This document shows positions 63,213-64,000 of a stretch of 64,000 bases of DNA, piece by piece (within the stretch, counting starts at the first letter, position 1; each line of letters starts with the position of its first letter). The notes below the pieces were generated by a model. It was not told where the DNA came from, did no database searches, and was given only the letters and a program-made list of their open reading frames with translations. The DNA lies in the NCBI RefSeq assembly GCF_963921235.1, contig NC_086104.1, positions 91,202,001-91,266,000 on the forward strand, read 5' to 3'. Source of the stretch: Mobula hypostoma. Taxonomy: Eukaryota. A program made the translations under genes and the position numbers.

Positions 63213-64000
63213 TAGTTGTGAGGTACAGGTCTGCGAGTAAAGTGAAGGACTGGAAATGCTGAAGGCAACAAATAAACTCTCGGATCATAAGCTTTGCAAA
63301 GTAGGGACGCAGGCTCGTGCTCAGTTTAGTGCAAAACATGCAGACAGCCGACAAGTCCATTACTTTAAACTGTGAGACACGGGGAGATGAGCATGGGGTG
63401 AGTGAGGTAATTGAGAAACTGGGTGGAGTGCAATATGTTCATGTGCAGAAGGTGCATCAGCTGATGCTGAGGTGGGGACAGCGGGTTAAAACAGAACCTT
63501 CTCGGTCACTCTTATGAAGGATGAGCCAGTGTCTATTACGATTTCCCAATGCAATGATTGGGATTTCCTATTCTAGCAGAATCCTGGAAAGGTAACCAGA
63601 CAGCAGGCATTCTCTAGTCCCCTGGCCTGGCTCTGTCCCCACCCATGGGGTAAACTCCTTGGGTGGAGTCGTCTTTCATTCAACAGGGAGCACTTTGCAG
63701 ATTGGTGCAGGAAGTGGCCTAACCTGCCCCTCCATATTCCCTCCGGGTCATGCACAACTCTGACATGGGGTGTGCCCCAGCAGCAGAGCCCACGCTCGAT
63801 AGTTTGCTGCTTTACCGTACCACGGAGCACATTCCCCACATCAACACAAGGCAAAGGTTCAGACCCAGCTTCTCAGGTGCAGTGGGGAATAGATAAGAAT
63901 ATCTAACCTTGCCAGAAATATCCTCAGCTCAGTAATAGTTTTTTTTTGGATGTGATGAAGTAGGATTCTTGTTATGGCAATTGAGGTCAGCTCAAGAAGT

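Overview
Vertebrate genomic DNA, most likely a cartilaginous fish (ray/shark-type repeat content; this is an inference). The window is almost entirely intron. It holds one 250-bp coding exon of metabotropic glutamate receptor 1 (GRM1) on the minus strand (30322-30571, canonical AG/GT). Most of the rest is decayed transposable elements: CR1 and Rex1/Babar-type LINE fragments, an internally deleted sushi-like Ty3/Gypsy element, a probable solo LTR, a HERO-like RLE non-LTR 3' end, V-SINE/HE1-like SINEs, a tRNA-Arg-derived SINE family with swapped tails, and Tc1- and hAT-like MITEs. The most notable signal is a family of more than a dozen Penelope-derived, often fold-back, elements. Their shared segment reconstructs a minimal type-I hammerhead ribozyme (CAGTC-CTGATGA-A-GGG-N6-CCC-GAAA-CG-TY^GACTG), and inversion breakpoints cluster at this motif. 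No single copy is perfect. Minimal hammerheads in Penelope-like elements are known as a class, so any novelty lies in this family, its fold-back architecture and its intronic context. Nearly all ORFs in the supplied track are TE remnants or noise. Boundaries of degraded repeats are approximate.
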